DNA of 63,924 nt, counting the filler, from Phoronis australis (taxonomy: Eukaryota; Animalia; Phoronida): the NCBI GenBank assembly GCA_002633005.1. It is 5 parts of 5 records of this genome, joined end to end, with 100 filler letters (N's around TTAATTAATTAA, not from the genome) between each part and the next. Parts side by side here need not be neighbours in the genome. Positions count along the whole stretch, not along the records: positions 1 to 22,619 come from NMRA01001387.1; 4 more parts are not named here. The stretch is one strand, 5' to 3'. The notes beneath the pieces are model-generated. The model was not told the DNA's origin and made no database searches. It saw nothing but the letters and a program-made list of their open reading frames with translations. Each line of letters starts with the position of its first letter. Position 1 is the first letter of the stretch. This document shows positions 1 through 11,700 of the stretch, piece by piece. The position numbers and the translations under genes are program-made.

Positions 1-339
1 CTCTAGCAATTGCATATTGCCAGATCTTTCAAAGTTCTGAAATTGCTCAAAAGTGACCTGGAAGTAATACCTATTTCATGATGGTAAAATGTCTAAATCA
101 AAAGTTGTTTTATGTGATTTTAGGCGAGTTCATGTCCACTTCAAATGATTTTTTGTTGCAGTACTGAAAAGTATTGGCACATTAGCTCTGGTGGCTCCTT
201 GTTTTTTGGCGAATTGACCATTTTATGGTTCCCATGGGTAATTTTGTTACTGGTCTAGTATGTATGTACAACTGTAATCGTGGGCAATTGTAATGCAAAC
301 CATGTTGCAAAAGTATTTTTTTCATGACCATTTCATTGG

Positions 340-2291
340 ACAAGAGCAACGCAGAGCGTTGAAATGCGCCCACAATTGCACCGCAAACGGTATCCTTCTA
401 GGGTTGTTTATTGGTACCATCAAGTGGCCAGTAGAGGGCATATATGTATGTTGTACTTAGCAAAATAGAAAGGCGTGAACATTGTCTCCTCAATAGGCTA
501 GGGGCAAAATGTGAGTAATCTTCATAATACAAGCACATCCTATACACCAGTTGCTTAACGCACCACAGAAACATAGAATTAAAAACAAATTTACCAACAT
601 ACGAGATTAGCACAGCATTAGAATGCCAGAAACAAACTTCTACTTGGAACTTTTCCTTCATAGTCACGAAGTAACACAAAGTATACACCTGAAGACCTAT
701 GAAAATACAGAGGTCAATGTAAAATACTAAAATTGCCACTAGATGCATACCGGTAGTCAGAATCATCCTAAAGTCGTCATTGTCCGTTGTCAACACCACA
801 TAAATACACTTGCTAAATTTAGTAAAGATCCTGCAAACGGTTTGGGAGATACAGCCATGGGCGCAAAAAACAAAACTGCCACTAGGAGGCGCCACAGTAG
901 TCCAAATCGCCTGAAAATCATTGTCAGCTGACTTCCTTATAGTAAGCACATACACGCCAATTTTCACAATCATCCTTTGAGCGGTTTGGTTGATAGAGGG
1001 GTGGACGCAAAAATACAGACTGGAAAACAGTAAAAATGGCCACTAGGTGGCGCAAACTATGTCGAATCCATCTGAAAACGGGAGGATAGCGTCATCTCAC
1101 TAATAGGTGCCTACATACCAAATTTCATGAAAATCCGTTCAGGACTTTTGAAGATACAAAGGTAAGCGTAACAAAATAAAATTGCCACTAGGGGGCACAC
1201 CGGTAGTCGGATCCGTCCAAAAGTCGTCATCTTCCGTTGTTAACATCATATAAATATACTTACACAATTTTGTAAAGATCCTGCGAACGGTTTAGGAGAT
1301 ACAGCCATAGGCGCAAAAAAAAAAAAAACTGCCACTAGGAGGCGCCACAGTAGTCGAAATCGTCGGAAAATCATCGTCAACCGTCCTCTACATAGTAAGC
1401 ATATACATGCCAATTTTCACAATCATCCTTTGAGCGGTTTGGTTGATAGAGGGGTGGACGCACAAAAACAGACTCGAAAACACTAAAAATGGCCACTAGG
1501 TGGCGCAAACTATGTCGAATCCATCTGAAAACGGGAGGATAGCGTCATCTCACTAATAGGTGCCTACATACCAAATTTCATGAAAATCCAATAAGGACTT
1601 GTGAAGATACAAAGGTAAGCGTAAAAAAATTAAAATTGCCACTAGGGGGCACACCGGTAGTCGGATCCGTCCAAAAGTCGTCATCTTCCGTTGTTAACAT
1701 CATATAAATATACTTACACAATTTCGTAAAGATCCTGCGAACGGTTTAGGAGATACAGCCATAGGCGCAAAAAAAAAAAAACTGCCACTAGGAGGCGCCA
1801 CAGTAGTCGAAATCGTCGGAAAATCATCGTCAACCGTCCTCTACATAGTAAGCACATACATGCCAATTTTCACAATCATCCTTTGAGCGGTTTGGTTGAT
1901 AGAGGGGTGGAAGCACAAAAACAGACTCGAAAACAGTAAAAATGGCCACTAGGTGGCGCAAACTATGTCGAATCCATCCGAAAACGGCAGGATAGCGTCA
2001 TCTCACTACTAGGTGCCTACATACCAAATTTCATGAAAATCCGTTCAGGACTTTTGAAGATACAAAGGTAAGCGTAAAAAACTAAAATTGCCACTAGGGG
2101 CACACCGGTAGCCGGATCCGTCCGAAAGTTCGCACATGCCGTCCCATTCATGAATGGAACATATGTGCCAAATTTCATGAACGTATGTCAAAAGGGTTTT
2201 GGAGATAGAGCAGCGGACGCCGGACGCCGCCCGGACGGACGGACAGAGATGACGGCATAATGCGTCCACATATAAACATGTGGGCGCATAA
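340..2291 (-). mobile_element. Non-autonomous Helentron-associated element (HINE/DINE-1/pearl-like), copy 1, with internal ~450-bp higher-order repeat of three ~150-bp monomers
   Basis: Subterminal inverted repeats ATGCGCCCACA / TGTGGGCGCAT; hairpin CAACGC-AGA-GCGTTG at one end; palindrome ATGCGTCCACAT..ATGTGGGCGCAT plus (GACG)n microsatellite at the other; further copies in the window. Confidence 0.8.
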
Positions 2292-2575
2292 CAAATGCAA
2301 GTTTCCGCAACCATAACTAGACAGTGCCACCTTCAATACAAAATTCTTTAATCCACCCAACATTCCTACCATTCTCTACCACATTTTGGCTCAGAGATGC
2401 TGATGACTGCACCACACCATTACCCAACTCCCTCAATTCTATACTCAAACAGTGCCATACCTCTACTGTAAGCTCCCCAATTCTTACCTGAGGACTGCAA
2501 CACAGCACTACTCAATGCCTTCCATCTAGTACCTATACAGCACTATGTCTCTAATATAAGCTCCCCAATTCTTAC

Positions 2576-2744
2576 CTAGGCAGGTCGATGATTGTGTGGT
2601 ATTTCTCAGGCAGCGCCGCCGTGCCTCCCCCAACCTCAATATACGTCTGACGTGACTGCTCCCTCTCCCGGGCCTCCTCCAGTGACAACAGCCGCCCCGG
2701 GGTGCTGATGGCCAGCGACTTGGGCCTCACCTTTTTACTAGCAC
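2576..2744 (-). CDS. ARHGAP32: ARHGAP32/33-like exon (GASKKVRPKSLAISTPGRLLSLEEARER...YIEVGGGTAALPEKYHTIIDLP)
   Basis: 169 nt; RPKSL, LLSLEEA, YIEVG and HTII motifs are characteristic of the post-GAP region of this family. Confidence 0.9.
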
Positions 2745-5700
2745 CTGTGTAAGGGAATAGAAAACATTTTCCTTTTTCGAGCCGTACAATAAGAAGGTAC
2801 ACAAAACATGTAAAAACACTCAAGTCCCCTGTATTAAAACGACACTTAACCCAGTTTTTGGTAATTTTACCAGAAACTAGTTCCATCACTTGTGTTTGCA
2901 CAATCATTGCCTCCCATGAGAGACACAAGTCAGGCTTTCATTCACATAAAACATTTCTTACAGTCACAAAGCATAGTCAGGAAGTTAGCCTTTCCCCATA
3001 GCCGTTGACAAACCCACCCAAAGCAAGCTTCCTGATCAGGCAAACCTTATAAGGAGATTTTAGACATAAAACTTGGGAGATGACCTGGATTACAGAGAAT
3101 TGTTTCGTTGTTAAATTTTAAGTAATCTTGCAGTGGTTTGTAGGCTAAGACAGGGCTTACAAACTTTTAATGGTATATAAAGAGGCTATTATAGCACAAC
3201 ATTTCACTGCTAAAAGCATCTACACTCGACCAATCAAGCACAACAAAAATTTCAAATTGCTCTGTATCAAAATTTTAATATCGGTGGATCAATGCTTATT
3301 TCAAAGGACTGATTTGGATATTGAGAACGTTCGGGTAGGCATCGCTTCTTAAAACTAGAATTAACATTTCTAAGACACAGTTTAGAGTCCGGCTCAATAC
3401 AAACCTGTTGAAGATAATAATTTATCTGAGAAAATATAATCGGCATAACGTATGAGGTACTCCGTGATGATTGCCTGTATTCCTACGCCTCGCAGCACCG
3501 CTGTGCCTGAACCAGTCTCCAACTCTTTGGACCTGATATGTAATAGCACAGTGTTACAGATGTGATAATATGTCAACAGGTCTAAATCAAAGCATACACA
3601 GATGATATTTCTAAGGTTCTTTACCACATCAACTTTTCACTTAAAAAACAAGCTGAGCCATTTTTTTCCAATTTGTTTAGTTTTATTGTCATCCAGCAAA
3701 CTGGGCATCAATTTGGTTAGTTTTATTGTCAACCAGCAAACTGGACATCAATTTTTTATGCATAATATGCATTGTTAATTACTCATCTCTGTACATAAGG
3801 CACTAAAACCATGGCTAAGACTTCGATCTACATGCCCTCCTCATGCCACACTCGCTGTACCCCTTCTAGAAGACAGTATTATCTACAGCCATAGGTCCGG
3901 TACAGAGTTACACCAATTTCAAATGGCGTCCAACTTTTTGGCACACCCTGTATACTAAACATTCCCGTGTTCTCCACAGAAACGCCTCCCGCCATGCCTC
4001 ACCTCAATAAGTTGGGTGCCCAGACTATGGCTAGGTTCTTGGGATGCATGCCCGTTTCATGCCCACTCTCCCCCACCTTGAGAAGATGCCGCATGAGACA
4101 CTCGCACGTTCTGGAAAAGAGACCAAAACGCACTCAAACTACAGCACAAGCCAATTTATGCTGACGAAAACACACAGAATTGCCAGTCATGACGCCTGGG
4201 TGGAGACGTAGTTCATCGTCAGAGTAGTAGCCCTTCACGACTGAGAATGATAGGAAATGATACTTATAGGACGTCATAATGAGGTAATGATACTTATAGG
4301 ATGTCATAATGAGGTAATGATACTTATAGGACGTCATAATGAGGTAATGATACTTATAGGACGTCATAATGAGGTAATGATACTTATAGGACGTCATAAT
4401 GAGGTAATGATACTTATAGGACGTCATAATGAGGTAATGATACTTATAGGACGTCATAATGAGGTAATGATACTTATAGGACGTCATAATGAGGTAATGA
4501 TACTTATAGGACGTCATAATGAGGTAATGATACTTATAGGACGTCATAATGAGGTAATGATACTTATAGGACGTCATAATGAGGTAATGATACTTATAGG
4601 ACGTCATAATGAGGTAATGATACTTATAGGACGTCATAATGAGGTAATGATACTTATAGGACGTCATAATGAGGTAATGATACTTATAGGATGTCATAAT
4701 GAGGTAATGATACTTATAGGATGTCATAATGAGGTAATGATACTTATAGGACGTCATAATGAGGTAATGATACTTATAGGACGTCATAATGAGGTAATGA
4801 TACTTATAGGATGTCATAATGAGGTAATGATACTTATAGGATGTCATAATGAGGTAATGATACTTATAGGATGTCATAATGAGGTAATGATACTTATAGG
4901 ATGTCATAATGAGGTAATGATACTTTCTCTGATTACTTTTGTATTTTACTGCAATCAATATAGTTTGGTAGCACACCTTCATTTATGCAAACTTCGTGAA
5001 AAACACGACTTAACATTTTGTTTGCAAGCTTGATACTGGTATGCTCATAATTTCGGAACAGCCTCCTTTCTTCAGGTGTGTAGATATGAAGTAAAACACC
5101 GAGAGACATAACAAAGAAACAAATTAAAACATAAGCTATATTTCGCGACTTCATGTCTCATCATCAGGCAATAAGTGGGATGAACATATACATAGCGAAA
5201 TAAACAGTGAAATACAAGTGACAGTGGGAAGAGGGGCATACAAGCAGAGAGTGTGAATGCAACACATGGTAGGAAGCCCGCAACCCTATCGAAACAGAGC
5301 CAGCGCGCGATACACACCTGTGAGCTGTGCATTCAGCACAGGTTTTTTGTCTCTGCTTGTTTGCCCTACTTCCCGCTGTCACGTGTATTTCACTGTTTAT
5401 TTTGCTATGAATATGTTCATTCCACTCATTGCCTGATGATGAGACATGAAGTCACACAATATAGCTAGTGTTTTAATTTGTTTCTTTGCTATGTCTCTTG
5501 GTGTTTTACTTCATACCTGCACACCTGAAGAAAGGAGGCTGTTCCAAATTATGAGTATACCAGTATCAAGCTTGCAAACAAAACAAAAAGTTGAGTCGTG
5601 TTTTCAACAAAATTTTACTGTAAGTGCATAAATTAACAGCAACTGAGTAATTCACGTTCACCTGTAGGATCCGAGTCCACGGGTTGTATACATTTATTTG

Positions 5701-8700
5701 GATGCTAGGTTGCACTATTTATTTTTCAGGAAAAAAAAACCCAGCAGAGTCAACATTTTGCCACAAGACAACTCCCATGGAAGGAGCGTATTTTATATAA
5801 AGATGAAACATCATAAGCTGAACACACACAGCTATTAACAACATGTACAAAACAGAATGACGTATAACAAAGACCTGGGTCTAGGATCTAATATCTGAAT
5901 TCAGACTCGACTCACAGACTTAGACTCAAAATTTAACCAATCAGGCTGCATGAATTAAATACAAATTTTCACGTTTACTTGAACCATAACATCCGGTTGG
6001 TCAATTTTTCCGTTGCATCTGGAGATTCGAGCCTGATACAGTTTTGGTACTCTTTCACCAAGATGGCTGAAGCATTGGCCAACACGCTTCAACAAGTTGC
6101 CCAGATAAATTTTCAGAATAAACATTTTCAAAAAAAGTTACCTACCTGTAATGAGGTGGGGGAAGTTGCTGAACGACATCATGAATTTTTCGTAGGCGCA
6201 CGTGAGTTTCTAAGTCGTCTGACACGCCGTGATGGACAGCAGCCTAAAACAAACAGAATATACAGTGAACAAAAGCAACACTTTCAAAACGCGATACTTA
6301 TTCTATAAAAATTCAGCATATGGTATACACACGGAAAAACAGGGAACAAAACTAATACAGCATTCACATGCCATCCCATCGGAACACAGAATGGATGTCT
6401 TATCTGTTGTCTGAAAAAATTCCAATGTGAACGCTGGTCAGACATCTGATCTGCTTCCAAATCTGCCTCACGGGGAGAAGTCTACGTTCCAATTATGTAA
6501 CGTGCGGTGAGGCACTTTGACCATCATGCTTTCTACCCTCTTATAAAAATGTCATTTATGAAAGTCATATTCCATTTTGTAAACAACACTTTTACATTGC
6601 CACGTGATGTGGGAAATGCCATGGCATGTTTGGCACTACTNCGCCGCCCGGACGGACGGACGGACAGAGATGACGGCATAATGCGTCCACATATAAATAT
6701 GTGGGCGCATAAAAATGTCATTTATGAACGTCATATTCCATTTTGTAAACAACACTTTTACATTGCCACGTGATGTGGGAAATGCCATGGCATGTTTGGC
6801 ACTACTGACAGCTCATATCTGCATATAAACAGGTGGGGACAATTTGATACCAAGTTCTCAAACTTCAGTTGCAAGGCAGTGGTTTCACATTGGCCACATT
6901 ACATGCATTTTAAAACGCCTGATAAAACAGACGTGCAACTTTTTGGTCTATGACATCCAATTCCATGACAACGGAACCCTAACTAAAATGCCAGAGAATC
7001 ATGTTACAAGGCAGAACATAAGAAGGAAACGATCGTGTAAAATCCCAGACAACTTAAACAAAAAGACACCTTAACTCAACAGTTAGTAAAACACGTAGTC
7101 GAGTCACACCTTAACTCAACTGTTAGTAAAACACGTAGTCGAGTCACACCTTAACTCAACTGTTAGTTAACTCAACTGTTAGTAAAACACGTAGTCGAGT
7201 CACACCTTAACTCAACTGTTAGTAAAACACGTAGTCGAGTCACACCCTCATTCAACACTGACGCATTAAGTTTTGCCGCCAAAAACAGCATTTGTCGACA
7301 CAGTGTGTTAGCAGTGGGTACTTACGGCAAACTTGTCATACAGCTGATAAGTGAGAAGAGGGTTGGGCAGTTCTCTGAAGTACATCTTGAGCAGAGAGCT
7401 GATACTGTGAATATCTTTGATCTGTGGCTCCTTCATCTCTGCCGGCACCTGATTCTCGTCAAATGAAAACCTGCGACAAATCAATAGTTAAGCAACAGCA
7501 GTGGACTCCTTTTAAAGAAGCTCCTTATTCCTAATAAATCCAGATTTGAACGGATCAACTCCCACAAACAGGTCTTGAAATTTTCACTGCAACGAAAGTA
7601 AGTGGTTTCTGAAAGAACTTAGATGTCACATGCAACCTTGTCGATGTTAATGGCACTTTTGGTCTCTTCTGCTCGCTGATACCGTGAATGGTCTGTTTTT
7701 TGGATGAAAATTACCTTCTATCATAATATGAAAATTTTGAGACCTTTAAAGTGGTTGAACAACCTGGTTTTATAATCTGCTTTTCATGCGGCCAGTAAGG
7801 AGAGAATGCCCCTATAACACCAAGATTCTCTCTCAATGTTTTACTATGAAAGCCCAAGTCTAGTATTCAGGTAGTATTCAGGCAGCTTTTAAGGACACCT
7901 TCCAATTTTAGCAGGCAAGGAGTAATGGAAGTAGTTGGACTGTAGAAAGAATGGCACAGGGTGATGTCATCGTGATAATCACACAGGCATAAATCAAGCA
8001 TACATAACACGGATATTCGTTCAACCCATATTAAGCTCCTTGGTGCGACTGTTCTAATTTGAGCATGCACTCATACAGAAGTTGGATTTAGCCTTACTTG
8101 TATAAAACCACTCTATCCGGTTGGATTCAATTCATACAAGTTTTAAAGTATTTCACAATCAAAGTAGCACGAGCAATTGCACAACTATAAATTACTAAAC
8201 CGCAGTGAAAAACAACACGTTTCTCACAAACTCCGGCCACTAGCTACACCTTGTCTGGGGTTAGACTAGTGGTGAGAAACAAGGTCAAAAAGTCAACACG
8301 GATTCAGAATGGAGTCTTTGCTACTAGAAAGTTGCTCACCTTAACCGCTGTATATTGGACGCCACACCAGACAGACGGTAAATGCCGTCCACGATACCCT
8401 GAGACTCGATTGCATTTATACAGGTCTCCAAAACCAGTGGAACTGCAACAAAGAATAATATACATTGTAAGTCACAGGCCTATAAGAACCGCTGATACCA
8501 TTTTGTGCCTTTTCTACTAAAAGATAATGCAACGGTTAAAATATACAATGCAAACTGTTCATTCACATAAAATAATCCCAAAAGCAGTTTCTATACAGTG
8601 TGCTACATGACACATTTGACCCATTGGCACACATACAGTCACTGCTTGACCCTGTGCTGAGCAGACGTGGAACAACAGACTGTCTTGCAAAACCATGTCA

Positions 8701-11700
8701 TGTGACCCAGCTGCTGACATGCACTCACTGTCAAGTTCCGTGTTATGCAACTGGCTTCAATTACTCCAAAGATTCTAATAAAAGTCGGGGCTTTTACAAA
8801 ATCCAGCGTCTAGTAGGTGCCAAGGATTTCAACGCACAAAAATTAACGGAACTATAATAACTGATGACTAATAGAAGCAAATCTCAAAGATAAGCTGTGG
8901 GGTAGATTACCAGGCAAAAATAAAACTCAGGTTTCAATTGGTTGAATGGAACCATTGAATACAATAGTCTTGTTTTGACTTATATCCCTTGGAAAAATAG
9001 AGACAGATATTAGGATTCGTCCAGGTGATGATGATAGATGACAACTCATGAATCTGTTCTTCAGGATTAATGAAATTACCAGGTGAACAGATTCCTCAAT
9101 TACCATCAACAGTACAATAGTACGTGATTTAGTTGACATGCTATGAACATTCCCACTAAATAAAATTGGTTCTAACCCCAGTGGTTAAGGTAAACGGTGG
9201 GGTATGGAAAATTGAACTAGACCGTATTTATCCACCTTGGCTGAGTCGCGCTCGACTCACGATCAAAGGGATGCCGCCAAGCTGCTCTAGTCATCCAGTC
9301 ACGAGCGAGGATAATTGGCTTCGCTCATGCGGATATGATCAGCTGATTACAATCTAGCTAGCATACTGTACTTTTTATGGAGAGAGTTTTACGTAGTTTT
9401 TACTGTAATATTTGAAAAGAGGAGCGAAAACAAATATGAGTACAACTTTGAATTTTTTAAATCGGCCCAAGATAGGAGATTTTGCAACACAACAACACTC
9501 ACGATTACTTTCATTCGGCGCGCACTAATACAAAAATATAGGACCCAAGTTATTTAGATTTTGGAACACATGCATTGCAATATTCAAAATATGTTTGTTT
9601 ATTATGAATCTTACAAGCTGTAAAACGACGTTGTTAATTTCATTGTGTTCATTCATTGTCATCCGTCAAATCGGCAATTTCCGAGATGTGATCTGCGGCG
9701 TGCGCGTATGTGTACAAAACACGTGATTGTTATGTTCCTGAAGTACGAAAATTAAGAAGGCTTTAACATGCCGTTATTATTGACAGGGACACGATAAAAC
9801 GAATTTGGATTTTGACTATAGTCTTGATACAGCGATCTGACTGACCACTGCGTCAGTGTCTCCGTTAGACCCAGAAATTTCACACAGCCCGGGTAGTTCA
9901 TTTCGTCCCCAACATGTAGATCGAGCCTTGGACTATTAATACTCCACGGCAGAGCTAACGACAGTCGGCCTGTGCACACAAAATCTGTGAGTTAACCAGC
10001 ACTCACCTTGCACGTTACAGCCGTTTAAGTGAAAAACAATCTAGTAAACGCCATTTTCTTGCATAATCCTCCGCCTTTTGTAACAAAAAAGTCTATCGTC
10101 GATGACCCGCACACGCACGCTCACTCACTCTCATACACAGACGACCTTCAAAACAAACGTCACGTGACAACAACATGTGTGTTCATCCAGAGATTTTTCT
10201 CTTGTTGTGGAGTACGATGTAGCGCACATTTGGACTTAATCGCAATTAATCTGGACTCCACATGAACTTTAAAAATTGTAAAACATCAGGAAGATTTCAG
10301 GTAATTTGTTGAGTCGAAACTATATTTTTATTCAAGAGTACAAGTTTTCCTATTGACGATGGCGATTCAGCGGCGACGCATCAGTCGGCAAGTTTTCGCC
10401 CTGTGATGAGCACAATTTTTTGAAAAATTATCGTAATTTAACAACGGAAGTTGATAGCAATGCACCACAATTTTGTAAAAAGGCTGTCATAGGCTACAAA
10501 TACGTCACAGAGCGTAAATTTGATGAATCCTAGCTTCCGATTTTACCCGTTTGGGAAACCGGGATTCAACTGCCGTAGTCTCACTACAATAAGCGTCCCC
10601 TCCCCGTGAAGTGAATTTTTCTAAGCGTTTGTTTGAGCCAATACAGTATACAGCTTTCCACCAAGGCTAGGTGATGCAAGACATTATTCTTTGTTGCATT
10701 ATCAACTGGTCTTGGCTAATTATCCATTTTATGACCTGGTCATCCATTCAGCCAAAAGTAGTTCCAGAGGTGGCTTATCAGCCAATTATTCACGCATGCT
10801 GACTCACAATAGAAGCCTGATAAGAGTGAAGGTGGATAAATGCCGTGTTCCTACAGTTTCTTGTTTTAGTGGATGTGTTCATGACATGAGAATTGTTAGC
10901 GCATTTGCCAACTCCCCGCCATTCTCAAGAGTGATCAGCAAGTTCATACCAAGATGACTTTTGAGAAAGGCCGGAGAACTGGCCGCAACATGAAATCATC
11001 ACCTGGTAATATTATTAATCCACAAAAACATTCATAAATCGTCACCTTCGAAAAAAGAAAAAATCCACCGCAAAAATAAATTTGATTGTTTTAAAATACA
11101 ACACCCCTCCAGATCATACGACTCAATAGCAGACAGGCACTAGGTCACATGATCTGATAGTAGATGTGCACTCACTGTCTGTTCCTGTGTTGAGCAGATG
11201 TTCACCAAGGTCACAACCGAACACTCTCTCCTTGACGATGCCGCGCTCCTTTAGCGTGCTGCGCGCCACACGGTGCGAGAAGAACGTGCGCAGGAATGAG
11301 ATCACTTTACCGTGTTTTCTTAGCACTGCAAGACAACACAGAATTATTGTCACAGAGAAAACAAAAATATGAGCTTAATATAAGGAAGATATTCAGAGTA
11401 TTTTATTAACCAATTTCATTCAGTTTTTATCAAGTCAAAAATATGCACTTCTTGTCTGTTAGTTTCAGGCCAAACAAATACACTTCCTGTCTGTTTCATA
11501 AAAGACTTAAAGGAGAATGCCACCCGATTTAATTAGTTTTTTTTTTAGTCGGTCTATATCCACATTGCCTCTTATACAGTCGAGCTCCCTCGCTGAGAGG
11601 TGTCACGTTAACCCATGAGGAAGGTGAGAAATGGCGCGACGTCAGTGGTTCGTCTGAAGAGTGAATGCCGCTATATTGCGGTGCACCGTTCCCGCTTGTC

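Noticed and set aside
398-973. 191-aa hydrophobic ORF and similar ORFs at 19920, 20918, 57625
   Set aside because: They lie in HINE repeats and frames are not maintained between copies
4134-5033. 282-aa and 258-aa repetitive ORFs on both strands
   Set aside because: By-products of a stop-free 30-bp minisatellite inside an ARHGAP intron; no coding evidence
7867-8070. ORF ending GVLKSC resembling the RhoGAP start
   Set aside because: The true exon is 8340-8442 with correct phase and splice sites
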